From positions 75,268,001 through 75,332,000 of the forward strand of contig NC_043004.1 of assembly GCF_006345805.1 (NCBI RefSeq): 64,000 nucleotides of DNA. Reading direction: 5' to 3'. Every line of letters begins with the position of its first letter. Position 1 is the stretch's first letter. Below the pieces are notes generated by a model that saw only the letters and a program-made list of their open reading frames with translations, ran no database searches and was not told the DNA's origin. Positions 36,605-48,700 of the stretch are shown in pieces. The position numbers and the translations under genes are program-made. This DNA is from Octopus sinensis. Lineage: Eukaryota.

Positions 36605-39602
36605 TTAACGTCCGCTTTCCATGCTAGCATGGGTTGGACGGTTCAACTGGGGTCTGGCAAGCCCGAAGGCTGCACCAGGCCAGTCAGATCTGGCAGTGTT
36701 TCTACAGCTGGATGCCCTTCCTAACGCCAACCACTCCGAGAGTGTAGTGGGTGATTTTATGTGCCACCGACACAGGTGCCAGACGTGGCTGGCAGACGGC
36801 CACGCTCGGATGGTGTTTTTATGTGCCACCGACACAGGTGCCAGACGGGGCTGGCGGACGGCCACGCTCGGATGGTGTTGTTACGTGCCCTCAGCACGGA
36901 GGCCAGTCATTGCGGTACTGGCTACGATCACGTTCGGATGGTTTTCTTATGTGCCACCGGCACTGGTACCACAAGGATACAAATTCCATTGATGTTCATC
37001 TATTTTGATTTGGTTCGATTTGATTTGATTTGATTCGATTCAATTCTCACTTGCCTCAACAGGTCTTCACAAGTGTCACAAGAAGGAAGGTTGCACAGGT
37101 GGACTGACTACGTCCCAGGTAGGGGCCCGGATTATGGCTTCACTAGTCTTGCCGGGTCTTCTCACGCACAGCATACTTCCATAGGTCCGGTCTCTAGTCA
37201 TTTCCATGGTGAGACCTAACGTCCGAAGGTCGTGCTTCACCACTTCGTCCCAGGTTTTCCTGGGTCTACTCTTCCACGGGTTCCCTCAACTGCTAGGGAT
37301 TGGCACTTTCTCACACACCTATCTTCATCCATTCTCGCCACATGACCATACCAGCGCAATCGTCTCTCTTGCACACAACAACTGATGCTTCTTAGGTACA
37401 AATTTCTCTCAAGGTACTAACGCTCTGTCGAGTAAGTACACTGACATTACACATCCATCGGAGCATACTGGCTTCGTTCCTCACAAGCTTACGCATGTCC
37501 TCAGCAGTCACGGCCCATGTTTCACTGCCATGTAGCATAGCTGTTCGTACACATGCATCATACAGTCTGCCTTTTACTCTGAGCGAAAGGCCTTTAGTCA
37601 CCAGCAGAGGTAAGAGCTCCCTAAACTTTGCCCAGGCTATTCTTCTAGCAGTTACACTTTCAGTGCACCCGCCCCCACTACTGACTTGGTCACCTAGATA
37701 GCGGAAGCTATCAACTACTTCTAGTTTTTCCCCCCGGAAAGTGACGGAAGTTGTTTTCTGCAGATTTTCGGAGGTCAATGCTCCAGAGCATCTGCCACAT
37801 ACAAAAACTATCTTCCCAGTTAGCCTACCTTTGACATTGCTGCACCTCTTATGTGTCCATAGCTTACACTGGGTACATCTTATAGAGTTTCTACCTACAC
37901 CTTTTCTACAGATCGAGCAGGGCCATCTTCCTGAGGATATTTGTGGATTTTCTAACTTTCTACTTATTAGTACTTTGGTTTTAGCTAGGTTGACTCTAAG
38001 GCCCCTCGATTCTAAACCCTCCTTCCACACCTGGAACTTCTCCTCCAGTTCTGATAGTGACTCAGTGATTAGAGCGAGGTCGTCAGCATAGAGGAGCTCC
38101 CAGGGGCAACCTGTCTTGAATTCCTCCACAATTGCCTGGAGGACTATGATAAATAGGAGGGGGCTGAGTACTGAACCCTGGTGGACCCCAACCTCTACCT
38201 TGAATTCTTCTGTGTACATGCTGCCAACTCTAACCTTACTTACGGCATCTCTGTACATGGCTTGCACAGCCCTCACCAGCCATTCATCTATCCCTAGTTT
38301 CCTCATTGACCACCAGATGAGGGATCGGGGGACCCTATCAAAGGCTTTCTCCATGTCAACGAAAGCCAGGTACAGGGGCTTATCTTTGGCTAGGTATTTC
38401 TCCTGCATGCCTGCCTTACCAGGAATATAGCATCAGTGGTGCTTTTCCCTGGGACAAACCCAAACTGCATCTCATCTAAACTAACTCTCTCTCTAATTAG
38501 TTGGGCTATGACCCTCTCCGTAACTTTCATTACCTGATCCAACAGCTTGATACCTCTGTAATTATTTGTATCCAGGGCATCACCTTTACCTTTGTAGCAG
38601 TTGACTAGTATGCTGCTACACCAGTCATTGGGTATGACTCCTTCGTGTATCACCTGGTTGACTATACGGGTGACTAGGTTATAGCCGACACTGCCAGATA
38701 TTTTGAGCATCTCTGCAGTAATTCCTGATGGGCCTGGGGCTTTCCCTGTCTTCATGCTTCTAATTGCCTTAGCTACCACGGAACTATCAACTCGGATAGC
38801 TGGTCCCTCTGTTGGGTCAACATTCGGCAGACTCTCTTTATCCCATTCATTTTCTTTATTCAGCAACCTTTCATAGTGGCATCTCCAAACCTCTCTCTTT
38901 GCATCCTCATTTAGCGCAAGTGAACCATCATTCATGCGAACACACTTCTCTCCTACCACATCACGATTCTCTCTCACACACTGTCTTGCAACACGAAATA
39001 CCTCAAGTCTTTCATCCTCACGGCTCAGAACATTGGCAAATTTTTTCTTATCCGCTTCCCCTCTGGCTAAATAAACCTGTCTCCTAGCTTCCCTTTTGGC
39101 TGTCTGATACAATTCCCTGCTACCACCAGTTCTTCCAGTCCTTCAAGCCTGTCTCTTTTGTCTAATAGCCCTGTCAACCACAGTGTTCCACCACCATGTT
39201 ACTCTGGGTCGAGATGGTACTTTGCTCCATCCACAGATCTGGTCAGTGGCTGTCAGCAGATTGTCCTGTAGGAATCTCCAGTTGTCTTCCACATTAAGTG
39301 AAGCTATATCCCCTTCTATTTCGTCAGAGGCTTCGAGTAGTATGTCTCTAAATCTCTGTCCATTGCAGGATCTTTAAGCTTCCAGACCTCTTCCTCCAAG
39401 CTGGTCTTCTTCTGGGCAACCATTTAGCTCTGATCCTGAAGTCGCTAACTACTAATCTATGTTGGGGAGTACATTCTTCGCCTGGGAAGGTTTTGGCATT
39501 TATAATCAGCCCTCTTTCCCTTTTTCTGGCAAGGATGTAGTCAATCTGGCTGGTGTGTCTGCCAGAACGGTAGGTGACTAGGTGAGAGGTGGGTTTCCTG
39601 AA
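36570..39602 (-). mobile_element. 5'-truncated RTE-clade LINE with RT, 3' UTR and (ATG)n tail
   Basis: ORFs 38390-39112 and 37392-38408: KAPGPSGITAEMLK, NYRGIKLLDQVMKV, FVDMEKAFDRVPR, GVHQGSVLSPLLF, LLYADDLAL, PHD-like insert. Confidence 0.95.
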
Positions 39603-39639
39603 CCCCTTAAATAATATATTTTAAAAAAGGATTGATGTA

Positions 39640-41530
39640 ACTCTTCACAAAGGTAAATAGTCAAGACGAAGAGCGCGATTCGATTGTAATTTTATTGAAC
39701 GATATTTCAACAGTATGTCTGTCTTTGTCAAGTTCAAAATAAGAAGTGATAAAAATTCAGAAATTTAAACGGAAAATATGAACGGCAAAAAGAAAGAAAG
39801 AAAAAAGAAGACGACAGAAAAAAGGAAAGAAACAGAGAAAGAAGAATATTTAATCAAACAGCTTTGTATAAATTTGATGATATTCTCCTGCCATCTTATT
39901 CATTCCTCCAGGGCGTGATGTTAATAACCTGCAAACATATTTCTCCTCATACATTCTGAGAAGTGTAAGCGAAGCAGATTCAGAATATTTTCTGAGAATA
40001 TGCACTTTCAAGTCTTCTTCAAATTTGCAGTCGCTTGCAACGAAATGTTCAGCAAGTTCTTCGAACTACTGTTATTGTGCCTGACGTCAAATCTGTGCCA
40101 TTAAACCTTTTGTTTAATTGTTCCGTTGTGCAACCAACATAAATTAAGTTGTGTTTTGTGCATTCTGCAGCATACACCAAATGGGAATCTTTACGTGTTC
40201 CACCTTCTGTATAAATCACAACATTTCTGTTATGATTTCTGATAGAATTCACTTCACTCATGTTGTTGCACAATGAATAGGGCTTACCTCTCTTGTGGCT
40301 GTTCTTTAAGGTACAGCATGTAGATACTCCAATGTTCGTTTTCTTAGAGTAAGATATAGAGGTCAATAATTCTCTTATATTCTTATTCCGTCTAAAGGCT
40401 ACAACAGGCAGCTGAGGAAATATCTGTTTGAAGCGAGGATTTTTTTTCGCCACATGTTGGTAACTTTCATGCAACACTTTTGAAATGCCAGCGAAATGTC
40501 GGTGCCAGTTAATCACTAAAGGAATTCTGTCTTCTATTGTATTGTGTTTGCTAAAATTATGCGTATAGGTTTGACCATTTTTGCCAATCTTAGCTATTTC
40601 ATTTGCTATTTCCTTTAATCGTGATTCACTGTAACCGCGTTTGACATAATGACATACAGAAGCATTTGCATGTTTCCAGTAATCCCCTATGCCAGTACTA
40701 ATGTGTTTCATCCTCAAAAATTGGGATTTCGGATCTGACCAAATAAGATGATGTGGATGATCGGAGCGGCAGTGGAGATAAATGTGGGATGACGTGGGCT
40801 TGCAAAATAATTCTGTCGTTATTCAGACTCCAGAAAACTTGACTTTGGTGTCCAAAAATTCAACACTAGTTTTTGAAAAACTAGACGTAAATTTTATGCT
40901 GGACTTGAAGCCATAGTTTCTAGCATAACAGTCACAGAAATGCAAGAAGTCCATTAAACTATCCTGTGATCCTTCCCAGACAAAGAGTACATCATCAATG
41001 AACCGTGACCAGAGTATTGGTTCATGACCATGAAGAGATTTGAATGTCTTCAGTAACTGTGTCTCGAATTTCGTCATGAAGACATTAGCGAAATTAACTG
41101 CCATGGGGGTACCCATGGCACAACCCTTCGTCTGGTAGTAAAATCTTTGTCTAAACTTCATTGTGTTACTCTCTAACACAAACCTCAATAATCTACAGAG
41201 AAATTTTGATGGAATAATTTTGTTTGACCACTTCACGAAGGCATCCATGCATGCTTCTACCCCCTCATTATGGCCAATATTGGAATGTAAGGAAGAAACA
41301 TCCATGGTTACCAAAACACAGTTCTCAATATGGCCTCGGTGCTTGAAGAAGTTTTTAATTTTAGATACAAAAATCAAACGTATCCTGAATATAGGAACTT
41401 GATCGTTTTGCGGCGGGGAGTAGAAAGCTATCCAGCCATTCCGAAATTTTGGCCGTGCAACATTCACATCCGCTGCAATTTGGGCGCATAGGAGGAAATC
41501 TTTCGAGCTATTTTGTGTATTTCAGGGAGA
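39640..41530 (-). mobile_element. Penelope-like element family D: RT, thumb and GIY-YIG, frameshifted
   Basis: VTMDVSSLHSNI, YQTKGCAMGTPMAVNFANVFM, WSRFIDDVLFVW, VEFLDTKV; LVYAAECTKHNLIYVGCTTEQLNKRFNG. Confidence 0.92.
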
Positions 41531-41531
41531 C

Positions 41532-41649
<118 letters not shown>

Positions 41650-42215
41650 GCCCTGATGCAGTACCAGGCAGTGGCTCTCATGGCTTCTGATCTTAACTGA
41701 TTAGAAGTGTTATCATGTACATTGTTTTGTCTTGGTATAAAAGATGGGCTACAGAAAATATTCTGCTCAATACCAAAGATTTTCTTGTCAGTTGTTTGAC
41801 CTTAACCAGTTGAGCATGTCCCTTAGTGGCTGACGATATGTGCATCTCTGATCATGAGCAGAAGTAGTGGGGGAGCATCATAGCCATGTGTTGAGAGGGA
41901 TTCTTTGGGGCTTGAATTATTCACCTCTGGAAACATGGGTGGTTCGTTCAACAGCCTTAAACAACCCTTATTCAGGGACGTTTTGAGCGGGATGGGTTAC
42001 TCGACCAGAAGAAAATTATAACTGGGCCCCACCTGCAAGGTCATGTGTTGTTTATCTTGATATGAGATCACGATGTTGCGCACATATGGTTGTGATGCAT
42101 GTGCCTAGTGTACCCTTATCAGACAGGTAGTCATGATGGGTATGCTGGGCTTCATACATTTTACCCCAGAGTCACTTTGATGGCATGCACTGCTCTCTCA
42201 CTCAATAATAACAAT
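41650..42215. mobile_element. Interspersed repeat, probably a LINE 3' end bounded by (AAT)n
   Basis: Resembles a recalled octopus repeat and ends …ctcactcaataataacaat. No second copy in the window. Confidence 0.4.
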
Positions 42216-42374
42216 AGCAATGTCTCCAGCTGCAATTGTAGGGTAAAATCCCAATACCCATTATTAAGTCACTGTTTAGCCCAAAATGGAATTTGAGATT
42301 TAAATTTGGCAATTTTCTAAGATTTTACTTCTTGTGTATAACCAAACTTGATGAGCCCTGGGCCCTCTATGGTT

Positions 42375-42632
42375 TGAACCTTGTCCTGTGTGTATGTATA
42401 TATGCAGATGTAGTTATGTATGTATGTCTATATGTATGTATATATGTGTTGGTGTTTGTCTCCCCCAAATCACTTAACAACTGGTGTTGGTTTGTTTATG
42501 TCCCTGCAACCTAGAAGTCCAGCAAAAAGAGATAATAGATTCAATACCAGTGCTGGAGTCAATTTATTCAACTAAACCCATCAAGGCGATGCCCCAGCAT
42601 GGCCACAGTCAAAAACTTGAAACAAGTAAAAG
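42375..42632 (+). mobile_element. 3' domain of the composite tRNA-SINE
   Basis: …gatgccccagcatggccacagtcaaaaacttgaaacaagtaaaag. Confidence 0.7.
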
Positions 42633-42771
42633 TTTAAAGACGACACAATGCATAGGGCTAGTGACTGCCGCAAACTGGACAGTGCTGAACTAACCTTACT
42701 GACCCATTAACATGAGATTAACTTTGCCTCTTATCCATTTGGAATCAGATAAAAATGACACCACCATTATA

Positions 42772-45700
42772 CAAAGTGGTCACAAAGTTATGCATCATGG
42801 GAGATATTAAGCATGCTTTATTATCAATGAAGTAGGTAATCCATTACAAATGTTCAAAGTGTTGGCCATGGAGCTGTAAACAAGTGTTGGCAATGGAGCT
42901 CTAAACAAGTGTCGGCTATGGAGCTCTGAACAAATTTTGGCCATGGAGCTCTAAACAAATATTAGCCATGGAGCTCTGCAACTGTTGGCCATGGAGCTCT
43001 TAATAAGTGTTGGCCATGGAGCTCTAAACAAGAGTTGGCAATGGAGCTCTGAACAAGTGTTGGCTATGGAGCTCTGAAAAAGTGTTGGCCATGGAGATCG
43101 AAACAAGTGTTGGCCATGGAGTACTAAACAAGTGTTGGCCATGGAGCTCTAAGCAAGTGTTGGCCATGGAGCTCTAAACAAGTGTTGGCCATGGAGCTCT
43201 GAACGAGTGTTGGGTATAGAACTCTTAACAAGTGTTGGCCATGGAGCTCTAAACAAGTGTTGTCTATGGAGCACTGAACAAGTCTTGGCCATGGAGCTCT
43301 ACAATGTGTTGGCCATGGAGCTCTACAATGTGTTGGACATGGAGCTCTAAACAAGCGGTGACCATGGAGCTCTACAATGTGTTGGCCATGGAGCTCTAAA
43401 CAAGTGTTGACCATGGAGCTCTAAACAAGTGTTGCCCATGGAGATCTAAACAAGTGTTGGCCATGCAGCTCTAAACCAGTGTTGGCCATGAAGCTCTAAA
43501 CAAGTGTTGGCCATGGAGCTCTAAACAAGAGTTGGCTATGGAGCTCTAAACAAGTATTGGCCATGGAGCTCTAAACAGGTGTCAGCCATGGAGCTCTAAA
43601 CACGTGTTCGCTATGGAGCTCTGAGCAAGAGTTGGCCATGGAGTTCTAAACAAGTGTTGGCTATAGAGCTCTGGACAAGTGTTGGCCATGGAGCTCTAAA
43701 CAAGAGTTGACTATGGAGCTCTGAACAAGTGTTGGTCATGGAGCCCTAAACAAGTGTTGTCCATGGAGCTCTAAACAAGTGTTGGCTATGGAGCTATACA
43801 ATGTGTTGGCCATGGAGCTCTACAATGTGTTGGACATGGAGCTCTAAACAAGCGGTGACCATGGAGGTCTACAATGTGTTGGCCATGGAGCTCTAAACAA
43901 GTGTTGACCATGGAGCTCTAAACAAGTGTTGGCCATGAAGCTCTAAACAAGTGTTGGCCATGGAGCTCTAAACAAGAGTTGGCTATGGAGCTCTAAACAA
44001 GTATTGGCCATGGAGCTCTAAACAGGTGTCAGCAATGGAGCTCTAAACACGTGTTTGCTATGGAGCTCTGAGCAAGAGTTGGCCATGGAGTTCTAAACAT
44101 GTTGGCTATAGAGCTCTGGACAAGTGTTGGCCATGGAGCTCTAAACAAGAGTTGGCTATGGAGCTCTGAACAAGTGTTGGTCATGGAGCCCTAAACAAGT
44201 GTTGTCCATGGAGCTCTAAACAAGTGTTGGCTATGGAGCTATACAATGTGTTGGCCATGGAGCTCTACAATGTGTTGGACATGGAGCTCTAAACAAGCGG
44301 TGACCATGGAGGTCTACAATGTGTTGGCCATGGAGCTCTAAACAAGTGTTGACCATGGAGCTCTAAACAAGTGTTGGCCATGCAGATCTAAACAAGTGTT
44401 GGCCATGGAGCTCTAAACAAGAGTTGGCCATGAAGCTCTAAACAAGTGTTGGCCATGGAGCACTAAACAAGAGTTGTCCATGGAGCTCTAAGCAAGTGTT
44501 GGTCATGGAGCTCTAAACACATGTTCGCTATGGAGCTCTGAGCAAGAGTTGGCCATGGAGCTCTAAACAAGTTCTGGCCATGGAGTTCTAAACAAGTGTT
44601 GGCTATAAAGCTCTGGACAAGTGTTGGCCATGGAGCTCTGAACAAGAGTTGGCCATGGAGCTCTAAACAAGTTCTGGCCATGGAGCTCTAAACAAGTGTT
44701 GGCCATGGAGCTCTGAACAAGTTTTGGCCATGGAGCTCTAAACAAGAGTTGGCCATGGAGCTCTAAACCAGTGTTGGCCATGAAGCTGTAAACAAGTGTT
44801 GGCCATGGAGCTCTAAACAAGAGTTGGCTATGGAGCTCTAAACAAGTATTGGCCATGGAGCTCCAAACAGTTGTCAGCCATGGAGTTCTAAACACGTGTT
44901 GTCCATGGAGCTCTAAACAAGTGTTGACTATGGAGCTCTAAACAAGAGTTGGCTATGGAGCGCTAAACAAGTGTTGGCCATGGAGCTCTGAACAAGTGTT
45001 GGCCATGGAGCTCTAAACAAGTGTTGGCCATGGAGCTCTGAACAAGTGTTGCCATGGAGCTCTAAACAAGAGTTGGCCATGGAGCTCTAAACCAGTGTTG
45101 GCCATGAAGCTGTAAACAAGTGTTGGCCATGGAGCTCTAAACAAGTGTTGGCCATGGAGCTCTGAACAAGTTTTGGCCATGGAGCGCTAAACAAGTGTTG
45201 GCCATGGAGCTCTGAACAAGTGTTGGCCATGGAGCTCTAAACAAGTGTTGGCCATGGAGCTCTAAACAAGAGTTGGCAATGGAGCTCTAAACAAGTGTTG
45301 GCCATGGAGCTCTGAACAAGTTTTGGCCATGGAGCTCTAAACAAGTGTTGGCCATGGATCTCTGAACAAGTGTTGGCCATGGAGCTCTAAACAAGTGTTG
45401 GCCATGGAGCTCTGAACAAGTGTTGGCCATGGAGCTCTAAACAAGTGTTGGCCATGGAGCTCTGGACAAGTGTTGGCCATGGAGCTCTAAACAAGAGTTG
45501 GCTATGGAGCTCTAAACAAGTGTTGGCCATGGAGCTCTGAACAAGTTTTGGCCATGGACCTCTAAACAAGTGTTGGGCATGGATCTCTAAACAATTGTTG
45601 CCCATGGAGCTCTAAACAAGTGTTGGCTATGGAGATCGAAACAAGTGTTGTCCATGGAGCTCTCGAATGTGTTGGCTATGGAGTTCTAAACAAGTGTTAG

Positions 45701-48700
45701 CCATGCAGCCCTAAACAACTGTTGGCCATGGAGCACTAAACAAGTGTTGGCCACGGAGCTCTAAACATGTGTTGGGTATGGAGCTCTGAACAAGTGTTGG
45801 CTATGGAGCTCTACAATGTGTTGGCCATGGAGCTCTAAATAAGTGTTGGCCATGGAGCTCTAAACAAGTGTTGGCCATGGAGCTCTACAATGTGTTGGCC
45901 ATGGAGCTGTAAACAAGTGTTGAGCATGGAGCTCTAAACAAGTGTTGACCGTGGAGCTCTAAACAGGTGTTGGCAATGGAGGGCTAATCAAGTGTTGGCT
46001 ATGGAGCTCTAAATAAGTGTTGGCCATGGAGCTCTAAACAAGTGTTGGCCATGGAGCTCTACAATGTGTTGGCCATGGAGCTGTAAACAAGTGTTGAGCA
46101 TGGAGCTCTAAACAAGTGTTGACCGTGGAGCTCTACAATGTGTTGGCAATGGAGCGCTAATCAAGTGTTGTCCATAGAGCTCTAAACAAGTGTTGACCAT
46201 AGAAATCTAAACAAGTGTTGGATATGGAGCTCTGAACAAGTGTTGCCCACGGAGCTCTGAACAAATGTGGTCCAGGGAGGTCTAAACAAGTGTTGGCCAG
46301 GGAGCTCCAAAAAAAGTGTTGGCCATGGAGCTCTAAACAAGTGTTGGTCATGGAGCTCTAAACAAGTGTTGGTCATGGAGCTCTAAACAAGTGTTGGTCA
46401 TGGAGCTCTAAACAAGTGTTGGACATGGAGCTCTAAACGAGTGATGGTTATGGTGCTCTGACAAGTGTTGGCCATGTAAGTCTAAACACGTTTTGGCTAT
46501 GCAGTTCTGAATATGTGTTGGGCATGGAGCTCTACAATGTGTTGGCCATGGAGCTCTACATTGTGTTGGCCATGGAGCTCTAAACAAGTGTTGACCATGG
46601 AGCTTTCGAATGTGTTGGCCATGGAGTTCTAAACAATTGTTGGCCATGGAGCTCTCAAAAAGTGTTTGCCATGGAGTTCTAAACAAGTGTTGGCCATGGA
46701 GCTCTAAACAAGTGTTGGCCATGGAGCCCTAAACAAGTGTTGGCTATGGAGCTCTAAACAAGTGTTGGCCATGGAGCTCTAAACAAGTGTTGGACATGGA
46801 GCTCTGAACAAGTGTTGGTCATGGAGTCCTAAACAAGTGTTGTCCATGGATCTCTGAACAAGTGTTTGCTATGGAGCTCTAAACATGTGTTGGCTATGGA
46901 GCTCTGAACAATTGTTGGCCATGGAACTCTAAACAAGTGTTGGCCATGGATCTCTAAACAATTGTTGACCATGGAGCTCTAAACAAGTGTTGACTATGGA
47001 GCTCTGAACAAGTGTTGGCTATGGAGATCGAAACAAGTGTTAGCCATGCAGCCCTAAACAAGTGTTGGCCATGGATCACTAAACAAGTGTTGGTCATGGA
47101 GCCCTAAACAAGTGTTGTCCATGGAGCTTTAAACAAGTGTTGGCCATGGAGCTCTCAACAAGTGTTTGCTATGGAGCTCTAAACAACTGTTGGCCATGGA
47201 GCTCTCAACAAGTTTTGCCAAGGAGCTCTAAACAAGTGTTGGCTATGGAGCTCTAAACAATTGTTGGCCATGGATCTCTAAACAAGTGTTGACCATGGAG
47301 CTCTAAACAAGTATTGACCATGGAGCTCTAAACAAGTGTTGACCATGGAGCTCTAAACAAGTGTTGGCCATGGAGCACTAAACAAGTGTTGGCCATGGAG
47401 CCCTAAACAAGTGTTGGCCATGGAGCACTAAACAAGTGTTGGCCATGGAGCTCTAAACATGTGTTGGGTATGGAGCTCTGAACAAGTGTTGGCTATGGAG
47501 CTCTACAATGTTTTGGCCATGGAGCTCTAAATAAGTGTTGGCCATGGAGCTCTAAACAAGTGTTGGCCATGGAGCTCTACAATGTGTTGGCCATGGAGCT
47601 CTAAATAAGTGTTGACCATGGAGCTCTAAACAAGTGTTGGCCATGGAGCTCTACAATGTGTTGGCCATGGAGCTGTAAACAAGTGTTCAGCATGGAGCTC
47701 TAAACAAGTGTTGACCGTGGAGCTCTAAACAGGTGTTGGCAATTGAGCGCTAATCAAGTGTTGGCTATGGAGCTCTAAATAAGTGTTGGCCATGGAGCTC
47801 TAAACAAGTGTTGGCCATGGAGCTCTACAATGTGTTGGCCATGGAGCTGAAAACAAGTGTTGAGCATGGAGCTCTAAACAAGTGTTGACCGTGGAGCTCT
47901 ACAATGTGTTGGCAATGGAGCGCTAATCAAGTGTTGTCCATAGAGCTCTAAACAAGTTTTGACCATAGAGCTCTAAACAAGTGTTGGATATGGAGCTCTG
48001 AACAAGTGTTGCCCACGGAGCTCTGAACAAATGTGGGCCAGGGAGGTCTAAACAAGTGTTGGCCAGGGAGCTCCAAAAAAAGTGTTGGCCATGGAGCTCT
48101 AAACAAGTGTTGGTCATGGAGCTCTAAACAAGTGTTGGTCATGGAGCTCTAAACAAGTGTTGGTCATGGAGCTCTAAACAAGTGTTGGTCATGGAGCTCT
48201 AAACAAGTGTTGGTCATGGAGCTCTAAACAAGTGTTGGACATGGAGCTCTAAACAAGTATTGGCCATGGAGATCTAAACAGGTGTCAGCCATGGAGCTCT
48301 AAACACGTGTTCGCTATGGAGCTCTGAGCAAGAGTTGGCCATGAAGCTCTAAACAAGAGTTGGCTATGGAGCTCTGAACAAGTGTTGGTCATGGAGCCCT
48401 AAACAAGTGTTGTCCATGGAGCTCTAAACAAGTGTTGGCTATGGAGCTATACAATGTGTTGGCCATGGAGCTCTACAATGTGTTGGACATGGAGCTCTAA
48501 ACAAGTGTTGACCATGGAGCTCTAAACAAGTGTTGGCCATGAAGCTCTAAACAAGTGTTGGCCATGGAGCTCTAAACAAGAGTTGGCTATGGAGCTCTAA
48601 ACAAGTATTGGCCATGGAGCTCTAAACAGGTGTCAGCCATGGAGCTCTAAACACGTGTTCGCTATGGAGCTCTGAGCAAGTGTTGGCCATGGAGTTCTAA

